This document shows positions 1 to 11,424 of a stretch of 64,000 nt of DNA, piece after piece. The notes under the pieces were generated by a model that searched no databases, was not told where the DNA came from, and was given only the letters and a program-made list of their open reading frames with translations. Position numbers and translations under genes: made by a program. Numbering within the stretch: the stretch's first letter is position 1; the number at the start of each line of letters is the position of its first letter. Origin of the DNA: Octopus sinensis (Eukaryota); contig NC_043005.1 of the NCBI RefSeq assembly GCF_006345805.1, positions 98,208,001 through 98,272,000 on the forward strand. Direction: 5' to 3'.

Positions 1-867
1 ATCCTCCAACCACGAGTCCGCTGCCCTCCACACACAAACGCACACATATATATATATATACATGCATGTGTGTGTGTATATATTATTATATGTATGTTTG
101 TGTCTAAGTATGTATGTGTGTGTGTGTGTTACATATATGCATATGGACATATATCCACAAACATGTGTGAATGTAAATGTACACATAAGCACTTTCCTTT
201 TCTCTTTGTCTCACTCTGCTCCCCACATATACACCTACACAAAAACTCTCTCTTTGTCACACACACATACAAACACACACACACACACACGTGCACATGC
301 TCCAACACTCACATATATATATGCACACGGACAGATGAACTTATACAATGAATGGAAAAATGGATTGTGATGAGAAGACAGAGATGACACACGGACATAA
401 AAAGAGAGACTTAGTTAGGGACAAGAGGTAAGTAGACAAATTAATATTGATGTTATTGAGAATTAACTAGTTATAGAGCAGATACAGCAAGTTGTTGTCA
501 GTGGTGATGTGTGTGGGAGTGTGCGGCAAGGTGAGGAGTAGGTGATTGCAGGTAGCATAAGAAGAAACAGCGCCATGGTGGCGGGGAGGAATTGATTTGG
601 TAGCAAAGAGGGGTAAAACAGCTTTGTTGAATCTGTGGACAACATACTCTCCATAGTGTTTATTATATTAGTGTACGCACATGCATGTGTATTTGTGTGT
701 GTGTGTGTGTGTGTGTGTTGGGGTTATTTAGGACAGGTAAATCTCATGGCAGTCATGAAGAATAAGCCAGCAAATCCTTTGGGTTTGTATATATGTTGAC
801 TTAAGCATTACATTGCTTTTATTGTGTGTAACATGTATGTGAGTCTATGTACATATGTAATATGCAT

Positions 868-1083
868 ATTCTCTTTTATTCTCTTTTACTTGTTTCAGTC
901 ATTTGACTGCGGCTATGCTGGAGCACCGCCTTTAGTCGAGCAAATCGACCCCGGGACTTATTCTTTGTAAGCTCAGTACTTATTCTATTGGTCTCTCTTG
1001 CCGAACCGCTAAGTGACGGGGACATAAACACACCAGCATCGGTTGTCAAGCAATGCTAGGAGAACAAACAAAGACACACAAAC

Positions 1084-1121
<38 letters not shown>

Positions 1122-1290
1122 CATATATACGACGGGCTTCTTTCAGTTTCCGTCTACCAAATCCACTCACAAGGCATTGGTCGGCCCGGGGCTATAGCAG
1201 AAGACACTTGCCCAAGATGCCATGCAGTGGGACTGAACCCGGAACCATGTGGTTGGTAAGCAAGCTACTTACCACACTGCCACTCCTGCA
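868..1290 (-). mobile_element. SINE family A (tRNA-like head, MIR/CORE-like segment, internal CA/TA microsatellite, CR1-like tail)
   Basis: The minus strand reads GTGGTAAGTAGCTTGCTTACCAACCACATGGTTCCGGGTTCAGTCCCACTGCATGGCATCTTGGGCAAGTGTC...GGCGGTGCTCCAGCATAGCCGCAGTCAAATGACTGAAACAAGTAAAAG; at least 10 similar copies in the window. Confidence 0.85.
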
Positions 1291-1311
1291 TCTATATGCA
1301 TATGTATATAT

Positions 1312-1731
1312 TTATTCTTTTAGTCTTTTACTTGTTTCAATCATTTGACTACGGCCATGCTGGAGCACCGCCTTTAGTCGAACAAATCAACTCCAGGACT
1401 TATTCTTTGTAAGCCTAATTATTATTCTATCGGTCTCTTTTGCCGAACCGCTAAGTTTCGGGGATGTGAACACACCAGCATGAGTTGTCAAGCGATGTTG
1501 GGGGGACAAACACAGATATGCAAGCATATACACACACATATATATTCATATATATATATGTATATATACGATGGGCTTCTTCCAGTTTCCGTCTACCAAA
1601 TCTACTCACATGGCTTTGGTCAGCTTGAGGCTATAGTAGAAGACACTTGCCCAAGGTGCCACGCAGTGGGACTGAACTCGGTACCATGTGGTTGGTAAGC
1701 AAGCTACATACCACACAGCCACTCCTGTGCC
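1312..1731 (-). mobile_element. SINE family A copy
   Basis: Same head, body and tail as 868-1290, directly adjacent and in the same orientation. Confidence 0.85.
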
Positions 1732-1848
1732 TATACACAGCCACTCCTGCACCTGTGTATATATATCCATGTATGTATATATATGCATATATGTATATAT
1801 ATATGTATATCTATCTATCTATCTATCTATCTATATATATATATAATC

Positions 1849-2058
1849 TTTTATTCTTTTATTCTTTTATATTTTTCAGTCATTTGACTGCAGCCATGCT
1901 GGAGCACCGCCTTTAGTCAAACAAATTATCCCACGACTTATTCTTTGTAAATCTAGTACTTATTCTATCAGCCTCTTTTGCCAAACTGCTAGGTTGCAGG
2001 GATGTAAACACACCAGCATTGGTTGTCAGGTGATGGTGGGGGGACAAACACAGACACA

Positions 2059-2096
<38 letters not shown>

Positions 2097-2226
2097 ATGG
2101 GCTTCTTTCTGTTTCTGTCTACCAAATCCACTCACAAAGCTTTGGTTGCCTTGAGGCTATAGGCGCAGTGGGACTGAACCAGTAACCATGTGGTTGGTAA
2201 GCAATCTTCTTACCACACAACCATTC
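1849..2226 (-). mobile_element. SINE family A copy (internal deletion)
   Basis: Third tandem copy; lacks the segment between GGCTATA and GCAGTGGGACTG. Confidence 0.8.
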
Positions 2227-3268
2227 ATTGAAGAAACTGGAGCCAAAAAGGAGTATGGTTGGACATTGTTTATTATTTACTACAATTGTTTCAACACAAC
2301 ATAGTTCTCCAAGAATACATGTATTTAATTATGCAAACTTCTCAACATTTCTAAAGCATTTGGGTTGCTATTTCTAGCAGGTAAAGCTTGGATGATTCAT
2401 GCCATCTTGATTGGGGTTTATCAGATGACATCAGAGATCATGGGAGAGATAAATAACATTTGCTTCATTAATTTTACATTGAGATAAGAACTTTGAGACA
2501 AATTCGCCAACAGTTGGAATTCAACCTGGGATTGGAACAATAGAATGATTGCATTACAAGAATTAATCCCCTGTCATCAACCTCTGATCAAACACCACTG
2601 GAGTCATTATAGACGTATTATAGTCATGTTATTTATCTCTCTTTAGTATTGAGCAACAGGCCCAATTAGTCCTCTCCAGGATCTAGCTTAAAATTCCACA
2701 TTGAGTGTGACTTTTAAGCTTGTATATATAAATATAAAATTATAATTTAGGGTATCTAAGAGATACCACCACGCTGGAAAGAGCAGCCAAAAACTTGACT
2801 CTAAAACCACATTAAATGTTCAAACAGCACCAGGAGAGAAGACAAAGAGACAAAATAAATTATCAAAAAAATTACTGGATAATTCCAGATCCTGGATTTC
2901 TGGTTTTGCATAAGAAATGCTTTGCCTTCATCAGTAGAATATACTCAGATAGCACATAAATACAAATATATATATATATACAACATACAATATGCTTACT
3001 TTTGGCTGCTAAACCCTTCAAGGTGGTGACCCAAGTCTAATGACAGAAACAAGTAAAAGATAAACGATAAGATATAGAAACATATATATATGAATTCATA
3101 AATATACACTGATTGGTGTGTGAAGAGGGTTTCCCGTAATTCCAATGTTTCTTTGGGCCTCCAAGTTTCTATTGGATGCTGTCACTGTCACATGACACTG
3201 TCACCTCCCCCTTTTTTGTGTAAAAGTTTAACAAACATGTAATCAAGTAAAATGTATTGAGTGCTTGA

Positions 3269-3321
3269 GTAATTCTTCAGTTTCATGTTAAACATGTAAT
3301 TCTTCAGTTTCATGTTAAACA
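3269..3321. repeat. 27-bp tandem duplication
   Basis: GTAATTCTTCAGTTTCATGTTAAACA(T) occurs twice, directly abutting the Helitron 3' end. Confidence 0.85.
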
Positions 3322-3686
3322 CTAGCAGTATCGCCTGGCGTTGTTTGGGTTTGTTTTGACCCTTTAGAATTGGAATTTTTGAAAAGTAAAAATTTTGCAT
3401 TATGTAGCTTGTTCTGGTTGAAATACACCAAAAAATGGCGACACAGTAGTAAAAAAATCGTAAAAAATAGGGATTTTCATAGAAAGAAGCACGTTTTTGA
3501 TGTAAATAATTTTTGGTGATAACATGGTCCAATTTGAATTTTTTCTTCTATGGCAGGAAGAGCAAGCCTTCTATCATACTCTCAATTTTGGTCAAGTTGT
3601 GCTGCAGGGTCTCGGAGGAGATAGTGTTAGTTGAAGGCTACCAAACCTGCCATACACAGACAACTTCAGCTTTATATATAGAGAGA
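3322..3686 (-). mobile_element. Non-autonomous Helitron
   Basis: The minus strand starts A|TCTCTCTATATATAAAGCTGAAGTTG and ends CCCAAACAACGCCAGGCGATACTGCTAG|T: TC...CTAG termini, an A/T insertion site and a decayed subterminal hairpin. The ends match 55695-56078. Confidence 0.8.
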
Positions 3687-3829
3687 TGAGATAAAAGCAA
3701 ACATTAATATACGTGTGTATGTAAGGTAGTGAGCTGGTAGAATTGGTAACATACCAGCTAAAATGCTAAGTGGCATTCATGTTCTGAGTTCAAATCCTAC
3801 TGTACCTTTCCTCAGTCTATTACATTGAC

Positions 3830-3985
3830 CCCAATGTTTCACTGGTACTTAATTTATTGAACCTGAAAGGATGAAAAGCAAAGTAGATCTCAGTGGAATT
3901 TGAACTCAGAATCTAAGGATGGATGCAATGCTGCTAAGTATTTTACTCACAGTGCAAATGATTCTGCCAGTTTGCAGCCTTAATA
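3830..3985 (-). mobile_element. SINE family B, degenerate (a plus-strand head fragment lies at ~3723-3815)
   Basis: Family signature ACTGGTACTTAATTTATTGAACCTGAAAGGATGAAAAGCAAAGT...GGAATTTGAACTCAG. Confidence 0.7.
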
Positions 3986-4099
3986 AGAATAATAATAACA
4001 ATGGAGTCTATCGTCGAAGATGATGTATGATTGTTCAACTTTTGCCAAAAGCCCTGCACAAATGATTTGTTTATAGTGATCAAATGTATGTGCTGTACA

Positions 4100-4265
4100 T
4101 TGGCTCACTCTCTCCATTGAATTGATGTTGCCTGAACAGATCCTAATCTCAGGTGTCGACCACAAGATGAAGTGATTTGCTCAAGAACACAAGGCACCAC
4201 TCGATCTAGAAATTGAAACCATGATCTCACATTTGTGAGTACAACACCCTAACCTCCAGACCACC
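4100..4265 (-). mobile_element. Degenerate tRNA/CORE-like SINE (family C-like)
   Basis: TTGCTCAAGAACACAA and a decayed B-box (GAAATTGAAACC) resemble the reverse complement of 26305-26430. Confidence 0.45.
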
Positions 4266-4269
4266 ACTA

Positions 4270-4271
4270 CC

Positions 4272-4308
<37 letters not shown>

Positions 4309-4310
4309 GC

Positions 4311-4396
<86 letters not shown>

Positions 4397-4484
4397 TAAT
4401 AATAATTTTTTTGAACCAGTTGAAGACACACGAGATGTCGAAATATTGTTCACTAGATAACAATGGCACTGTTTTAATTTTGAC

Positions 4485-4544
<60 letters not shown>

Positions 4545-4573
4545 TGATGATGATGATAATAATAATAATAATA

Positions 4574-4604
<31 letters not shown>

Positions 4605-4606
4605 TT
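4270..4606. repeat. Compound (CAA)n/(AAT)n/(GAT)n microsatellites
   Basis: Read directly. Confidence 0.95.
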
Positions 4607-4824
4607 GATAAAAAAATATTCAGACAAATACATAACAAAAACACCAGGACTTACAAACACATATAACATACAGAAAATTGCACTACTAGGCACTGCACAC
4701 ATCCTACGCAGAACACTTTCCATACAATGACCATCAGAGCATCACAACAAATCACAGCACATACCCAAGGCACACAGAGCTGCGCTCGGTAGTGAAGTGA
4801 AAGCACGCTATAAAAATAAAACTA

Positions 4825-4860
<36 letters not shown>
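4607..4860 (+). mobile_element. 3' end of an R4/Dong-clade non-LTR retrotransposon with (AAT)n tail
   Basis: Translates ...KYITKTPGLTNTYNIQKIALLGTAHILRRTLSIQ*, the typical R4/Dong C-terminus, then a ~100-bp 3' UTR; (AAT)n on both sides. Confidence 0.7.
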
Positions 4861-4861
<1 letters not shown>

Positions 4862-5354
4862 GAATGTATTTATACTGATGTACCTTCGTTATTCTAACCA
4901 TGGATTGCTGCAATTGGTTCTTTACCAACATTCAAACAGTATTTAGTTTTTAAATTTTCCATCACAATTATGGTTTTCCACTGAATTAAATTATGGCTTA
5001 TGGGCATGCAGTACTGATGCTGGTCAATCATCCATATACTCAGAATTTTTCAATTTCATGCTTCACTGAACTTTGTTTCTTACAAATTAACATGAATTGT
5101 ATTAGTACAGAACCTTTCAACTGTTGCATAAAACACTCTTTGTCTATGACTGCCGAAACAGTAGAATATTCCCCTCCATGGGCATCTGCTATATTTATCA
5201 TTTTCTCACCTCCTCTGCTGCACCTTATAATGTTCACCTTGCTTACAAATGCATTAGTCCAAAGTTTCTTGCAGACTACAGCATTGTGTGTGTGTGTATT
5301 ATATATATATATATAGGAGATGTACTTGCATAGCAAATGATCTGGAACGTAAAC

Positions 5355-5500
5355 AATTGCAGCGTGAAAGGTGTTTATGAATAGGTCATGGCCTCAAAGC
5401 GACGAAAATATTTTGGCAAATTTAATTTAAATGTTGAAGTGAATCTAACGGTCTTTGTGTGTTTCTTAAATAGCTTATAAACACCTTCCATGCTGCAATT
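5355..5500. repeat. Short inverted-repeat (fold-back) structure inside a dispersed repeat
   Basis: AATTGCAGCGTGAAAGGTGTTTAT (~5355-5378) and ATAAACACCTTCCATGCTGCAATT (5477-5500) are reverse complements with ~3 mismatches. Confidence 0.7.
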
Positions 5501-5509
5501 CTTATATAT

Positions 5510-5634
5510 ATATCGACTATATATATATATATATCTATATATATATATATATATATCATCATCATCATCATCATCGTTAAACGATGATGATGATGATGAT
5601 GATATATATATATATATATATATATAGTCGATAT
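5510..5634. repeat. Near-perfect 125-bp palindrome built on the RTE (GAT)n tail
   Basis: ATATCGAC-(TA)n-(ATC)7-GTTAAAC-(GAT)7-(TA)n-GTCGATAT. Confidence 0.9.
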
Positions 5635-5635
5635 C

Positions 5636-6010
5636 GAACCTCATCCGACGACAGGCACCCATGCCTGCGAAGACCTGTTGGGGCAAGTGAAATCGAAATC
5701 GAAATCGGAAGTGAAATTGAACCAATCCTATGACTGGCACCCGGCAGATGCCAGGACCCCTGGACTGGTGGTACGTAAAAAGCACCAATCCAACCGTGGC
5801 CGTTGCCAGCCTCGCCTGGCACCTGTGCAGGTGGCACGTAAAAAGCACCCACTACACTCACGGAGTGGTTGGCGTTAGGAAGGGCATCCAGCTGTAGAAA
5901 CATTGGCAGATAAGACTGGAGCCTGGTGCAGCCTTCTGGCTTCCCAGATCCCCGGTCGAACCGTCCAACCCATGCTAGCATGGAAAACGGACGTTAAACG
6001 ATGATGATGA
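5636..6010 (+). mobile_element. 5'-truncated RTE-LINE 3' UTR (family R)
   Basis: GGCACGTAAAAAGCACC modules, GGCGTTAGGAAGGGCATCCAGCTGTAGAAAC, and CATGCTAGCATGGAAAACGGACGTTAAAC(GAT)n; same as the UTR downstream of the RT ORF at 25134-26232. Confidence 0.85.
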
Positions 6011-6569
6011 TATATATATATATGTATATAGGGAGAGTTCCCAAAAAAACAAAAGACGAAGACAGGTGGTGTAGAAAATATATATACTGGTTTATAATTA
6101 TATAAATAAATATGGGTGCAGATTAACCACACAAACATGCTAGAAATAGACACCAAATGGCTCTAAAACCACTTCAATACTCCATTAGCACAGGTTGTAA
6201 GCAGGCAGAGGAAAAAATTAATAAGGTTTTCTGATTTATTGTAAATCAATTTCAAACTTAGCATTATAAGACACCCTGTTATCATCAGTACAATATGTCA
6301 AAGTATATGTATGCAAATATCTATACATACCTGTATGAATGCCATATTCACACGACCACATACATAGATTTACAGGTATACACAATTTTTCTTCTTATCT
6401 CAACCATGTGCATATTTTATCAAGATAATCTTGCAGTGAATGCAATTTGATCAGGAACAAAAATGTTTTCTTTTTTTCATATAGAATTAAGGATAGAATC
6501 ACTTTTACGATTTTATAAAGTAGCCAGCGTGAAATAAAAAAACTTATAGGTAACATTTTATACTAATTT

Positions 6570-6841
6570 TCGCCTGGCCCCCATGCCGGTGGCACGTAAA
6601 AACGCCATCTGTTCGTGGCCATTTGCCAGCTCTGTCTGGCACCTGTGCAGGTGGCACGTAAAAAGCACCCACTACACTCACAGAGTGGTTGGCGTTAGGA
6701 AGGGCATCCAGCTGTAGAAACACTGCCAAATCTGACTGGGCCTGATGAAGCTTTCCGGCTTCACAGACCCCAGTTAAACCGTCCAACCCATGCTAGCATG
6801 GAAAACGGACGCTAAATGATGATGATGATGATGATGATGAT
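6570..6841 (+). mobile_element. RTE 3' UTR fragment (family R)
   Basis: Same signature and (GAT)n tail. Confidence 0.85.
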
Positions 6842-6846
6842 AATTA

Positions 6847-7240
6847 GTAGTGGCTGTGTGGTAAGTAGCTTGCTTACCAACCACATGGTTCCGGGTTCAG
6901 TCCCACTGCGTGGAACCTTGGGCAAGTGTATTCTACGATAGCGTCAAGCTGACCAAAGCCTTGTGAATAGATTTGGTAGACCGAAACTGAAGGAAGCCTG
7001 TTGTATATATGTGTGTGTGTGTGTATGTTTGTGTGTCTGCGTTTGTCCTCCCCCCCCAACATCGCTTGACAATCGATGCTGGTATGTTTACGTCCCCATC
7101 ACTTAGCGGTTCGGCAACAGAGACCGATAGAATAAGTACTAGGCTTACAAAGAATAAATCCTGGGGTTGATTTGCTCAACTAAAGGCGGTGCTCCAGCAT
7201 GGTCACAGTCAAATGACTGAAACAAAGAAAAGAAAAAAAG
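6847..7240 (+). mobile_element. SINE family A copy
   Basis: Full head-to-tail match to family A. Confidence 0.85.
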
Positions 7241-7685
7241 AATATAAATTACAAGCAACATATTCCGGCATTGCCCATCTGTTATGACCTACAGCCATAT
7301 TGTATTATTTGTTCTTCTCTTATGGTCAGAATCAGCACAGCTGATATATAGTGAGCTGGATTACTGGAGTAATTAATGGAGGTTATTGTAAAAGCAGTGA
7401 GGGTACAATTTGCATGGGTTTGCATGAAAGTGCTTTCTGTTCTTAAGAAGGATCACAAATTATGTTTTGTTTCATTGTATAAAGGGGGTTCATACGATTT
7501 TGTCCAGAAATCACGTTTTCAAAATTCTAGTTTTTCTCTTTCCCCACTACAATTTCTTAATTTGTAACTTTCTTATGAATTGTTTTTTTTTTATACATGT
7601 AGAAAAATACAGAGATTCTGAATCAGGGAAATGTATTCTTTTTTTAAAGTTTAATTTTTCTTAAAGAAGCACTCAATACCTCTTT

Positions 7686-7932
7686 CCCCACCTCACCCAC
7701 TTTCAAAAAGCTAATAACACCCTATGTTTCACTTTCATCTGATGTTTCATGTATGTGTAGAATTGTGCTGAAATAGCAGATATAAAAAAATATTAGAGCA
7801 CCACCAGAAAACCTGACATGCTAGAAACAATAGGTAAATGACATTATTTCTGAAGAAACTCCTCCACTTTCCAAAAAGCTAAAAGTGAAACATTGGGAGT
7901 TTGTAGCTTTTTGAAAGTGGTGGGGTGATGGG
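7686..7932. repeat. Element with ~45-bp inverted arms (MITE-like)
   Basis: CCACTTTCAAAAAGCTAATAACACCCTATGTTTCACTTT versus AAAGTGAAACATTGGGAGTTTGTAGCTTTTTGAAAGTGG. Confidence 0.6.
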
Positions 7933-8413
7933 TGGATGTTTGGGAAGAAGATTTTAGTGTTTCTTTAAAAAAAAAGATAGATGGAAATTCTTAAAGAATC
8001 ATATTCTTTAATTGTTTCTTCATGGATTACCAAGAAAAAATTCAAAAATGTAAAAAAGGAAGATATTGAAATGGGGAAGGAGAAAATTGAATTATTGAGA
8101 ACATGTTTTTGGGGTGAAATCCTAATATCCCGTATTGAAAACATAGGAATCGGAAGAAATTTAGGAAAAAAAATGGGGTGGGGGTAGGGTGTATGCAAAT
8201 GTCACCTTGGACATGCTAGAAACAATAAGTAAAGGACAGCATTTCTGGGAGAACTTCCTTTTAAATTTATATTGAAGATCAGGTTTTTAAATACTCTCAT
8301 CACAAGTACAAATTACAGAATAGAAAATGGTGATTTCAAATGGATTTGAGCTGTAATTTTGTGCGTGCAATAGCAAGAAATAATATACAGAAGTTTTACT
8401 TAGAGAGAGAGAG

Positions 8414-8457
<44 letters not shown>

Positions 8458-9229
8458 AAAGGAAGTTATTTTATGGCATTCTTTCATTTGAAGCAGGAAA
8501 GTTGTCAACTTGATCATATGGTCAATCATATCGGATCATATGATTGTTCACTAATTTCTGTAAATTGTTTTTTTTTCTATTTCTGTATGCTTTGAAGAGA
8601 GCAGAAATTGAAAGAGAGGAAAAAGTGAAAGATGTATGTACACGTATATGAAATGGACATGGCACCTACTATTCTCTTCAAATTCCTTTCATTTTGCTTT
8701 TTGAATTTTTTAAAGTTATCTTCCTTTACCTCCTCCTCCTCTCTCTTATCTTCTTGGCTATCTTTGTACATTATATTCTTAGACGTTATATTTTTATATA
8801 CCTTAATTTATCCCTAATTTATCCTTAATGTCAATCTTTGACACCCTCTCTCACTCTATTTACCTCTCTTTCTATTTATCTACTTTTCTGTTTTTTTATC
8901 GCTTAATAGCTGCTATTCTGTTATCTAGTGTTGATATGTTCGCATCTTTTTTTGGATACTTACACTATCAGGACTTTAACTCATATGGATTTACACAGGA
9001 TTGCACCTAAGGACTTGTGGACTTACTTCTACACGACTGGAAAGTTGAACTCTGAACTTTTATGCTTCTTTTTTCTTCTCTTTATTCATCTCCTCATTCC
9101 TTTACTCCTGCCCTCTCTGTCATCGTTTCATTAATCTATACCCTTCTTGTCTTGCCTATTTGTCTCTGATGACAGAATATCTCATACTCTGGGATATCCC
9201 AGAAACAGCTGCAAGACTTTGATGTTTTC

Positions 9230-9288
<59 letters not shown>

Positions 9289-9342
9289 TATATGACTTGA
9301 GATGTTTGCCTTGCCTTAACTTTTGCTGTCCTCTTTAACAAT

Positions 9343-9393
<51 letters not shown>

Positions 9394-9891
9394 TCATCAT
9401 TATCGTTTAACGTCCGTTCTCCATGCTAAAATATATATGTATAATATATATGTATAATATATATATATATATATATATACACACGCATATATATATATAA
9501 TATATACATATATGTATACATATATATATATGTGTGTGTATATGTATATGTATATGTATGTATGTATATACATATACATACATACACTTATACATTCATA
9601 TAGGTATGTAGGTAACTAGGTGTGTTCAATATACCTATATATGTACTTATGTGCGCGCACACACACACACACACAGAAGTAGATAAGAGTTCAACCGTTC
9701 AGTCAATTACCTAATGCTTGTGTCTACATCAAAATATCAAACCAGCTTTAGATTTACAAACAAAGCCACAGTCCTTACGTATCACAGCATGACCATAACA
9801 ACCTGATGATAAATTGAGTTCAGATTTTCTCACTCCCTTGTTTTCTATAAATTTGACCTTGAAGACTCAAAATCTTTTATTACATATTGCC

Positions 9892-9922
<31 letters not shown>

Positions 9923-10509
9923 GTTATTATTATTATTATTAATGTCATTTACAATACTGTAGTAATCTGTTGAAGGATATTGTATCTATATGCATTAGAT
10001 AATTTTGATTTCGTTTTATCTTGTGAAAGGTCTCTGAACATGTTGTGTGTCATCATAAGTTGGCTGCATATGAGAACTCGGGGTAAACATCCCTCAATTA
10101 AGTGAATTACATGATGAGTCTATCTAAACATAGACTGAATAGTACAGCCAGCTGCCACTTGTAAGTTAGTATAGTTTAGTAACTTGAACCAGGCTTTTGT
10201 TAATTGTTTTAAGCATCAATAAAGTTACAAGCAAACACAGCAAAAGCCATTACAGTAGTGGTAGAAAGGATGGAGAGTTATCATAGGAGTAATAGCAGAG
10301 GCATGAACCTAGCCTGCTCTTTGGAGCTCCTTGACTGAGCCCATGTTGCCTCCACTAAAATATTTTCACCCTTTTCTTCCTGCCTCCTCTTATTATTCTT
10401 GTGATATCACACACTTAGGCACTTCACTAATCACTTCACCCAACCCTTATTTCCCAGAACATCAGCCTTCTAGAACTTTCTCCCTTTTCATAACTATTTT
10501 CCACTGTGA

Positions 10510-10836
10510 TCCCTGTGCCGGTGGCACATAAAAAGCACCATCCAAACGTGGCCGATGACAGTGCTGCCTTGACTGGCTTACGTGCCGGTGGCATGTAAAA
10601 AGCACCAACCGATCGTGGCTGTTGCTAGCCTTGCTTGGCACCAGTGCTGGTGGCACGTAAAAAGCACCCACTACACTCATGGAGTGGTTGGCGTTAAGAA
10701 GGGCATCCAGCTGTAGAAACATTGCCAGATCAGACTGGAACCTGGTGCAGCCTTCTGGCTTCCCAGAACCCGGTCGAACCGTCCAACTCATGCTAGCATG
10801 GAAAACGGACGTTAAACGATGATGATGATGATGATG
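10510..10836 (+). mobile_element. RTE 3' UTR fragment (family R, 3 hairpin modules)
   Basis: Same signature and (GAT)n tail. Confidence 0.85.
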
Positions 10837-11424
10837 AATTACAAAGGTTCAAGAGGAACATTGGTGCCATCAACCACACTGATCTACAAGGAGCTGCAAG
10901 AGCCAAGGATACTGCCCTTTCTTTCAGACACAGCAAGTGATGAAAAAACGAGTTTGGAGTGGTCTGATCGTTGTTATTCGGCAAGGAAACTCAAAGATAT
11001 ATTTCAGTCTTTTTAGCCCTTATCAGCCAAACATAGTCTACTTACACTTGATTTGTCAAGAAATTGTTAAAAGAATGAATTTTTTTTTTTACTTTGAGAA
11101 CCACTAACAACTGTAAATTGGTTTTGAATTTGTATCTCCAAATTAAAAATCCCAATTTCAATTCATTTAGAAGTTTTTGAATATGTTGTGCAATATAAAA
11201 TCATTTAATGATTTATATCTGAATAGATATCATTGATAAACTTACACACACTCACACACACACACAAGTGCATGTAGTAGGTAAGATCCGGGATACATAT
11301 GTTCCCTAGTGGGCGGAACTTCAAAAGTGGTAAAACCCAAGCAAGGTGTATACCACCAGCTACTCTTCAGGCCAAGAATATCTTGTTTAAATTAAAGGTT
11401 ACATTGTTGCAAGGATGTACATGT

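Noticed and set aside
463-654. Minus-strand ORF with a perfect GCCACCATGG Kozak context and a hydrophobic start (MALFLLMLPAITYS); also a plus-strand G|GTAAGT at ~428
   Set aside because: Only 37 codons from that ATG, all three minus frames are open in this C-rich patch, and there is no homology I recognise. It cannot be supported without RNA data.
2895-2940. Minus-strand CTGATGAAGGC...ATGCAAAACCAG as a sixth hammerhead
   Set aside because: The GAAA strand and stems I and III cannot be drawn; at best a heavily decayed relic.
8950-9050. Two GTAAGT donor motifs on the minus strand and an open plus frame (TLTHMDLHRIAPKDLWTYF)
   Set aside because: The implied exon has stops in all frames, there is no acceptor, and the peptide is not recognisable.
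10836-10950. Plus frame ELQRFKRNIGAINHTDLQGAARAKDTALSFRHSK*
   Set aside because: It looks protein-like but is short, starts in an RTE tail, and has no splice signal or recognised homology.
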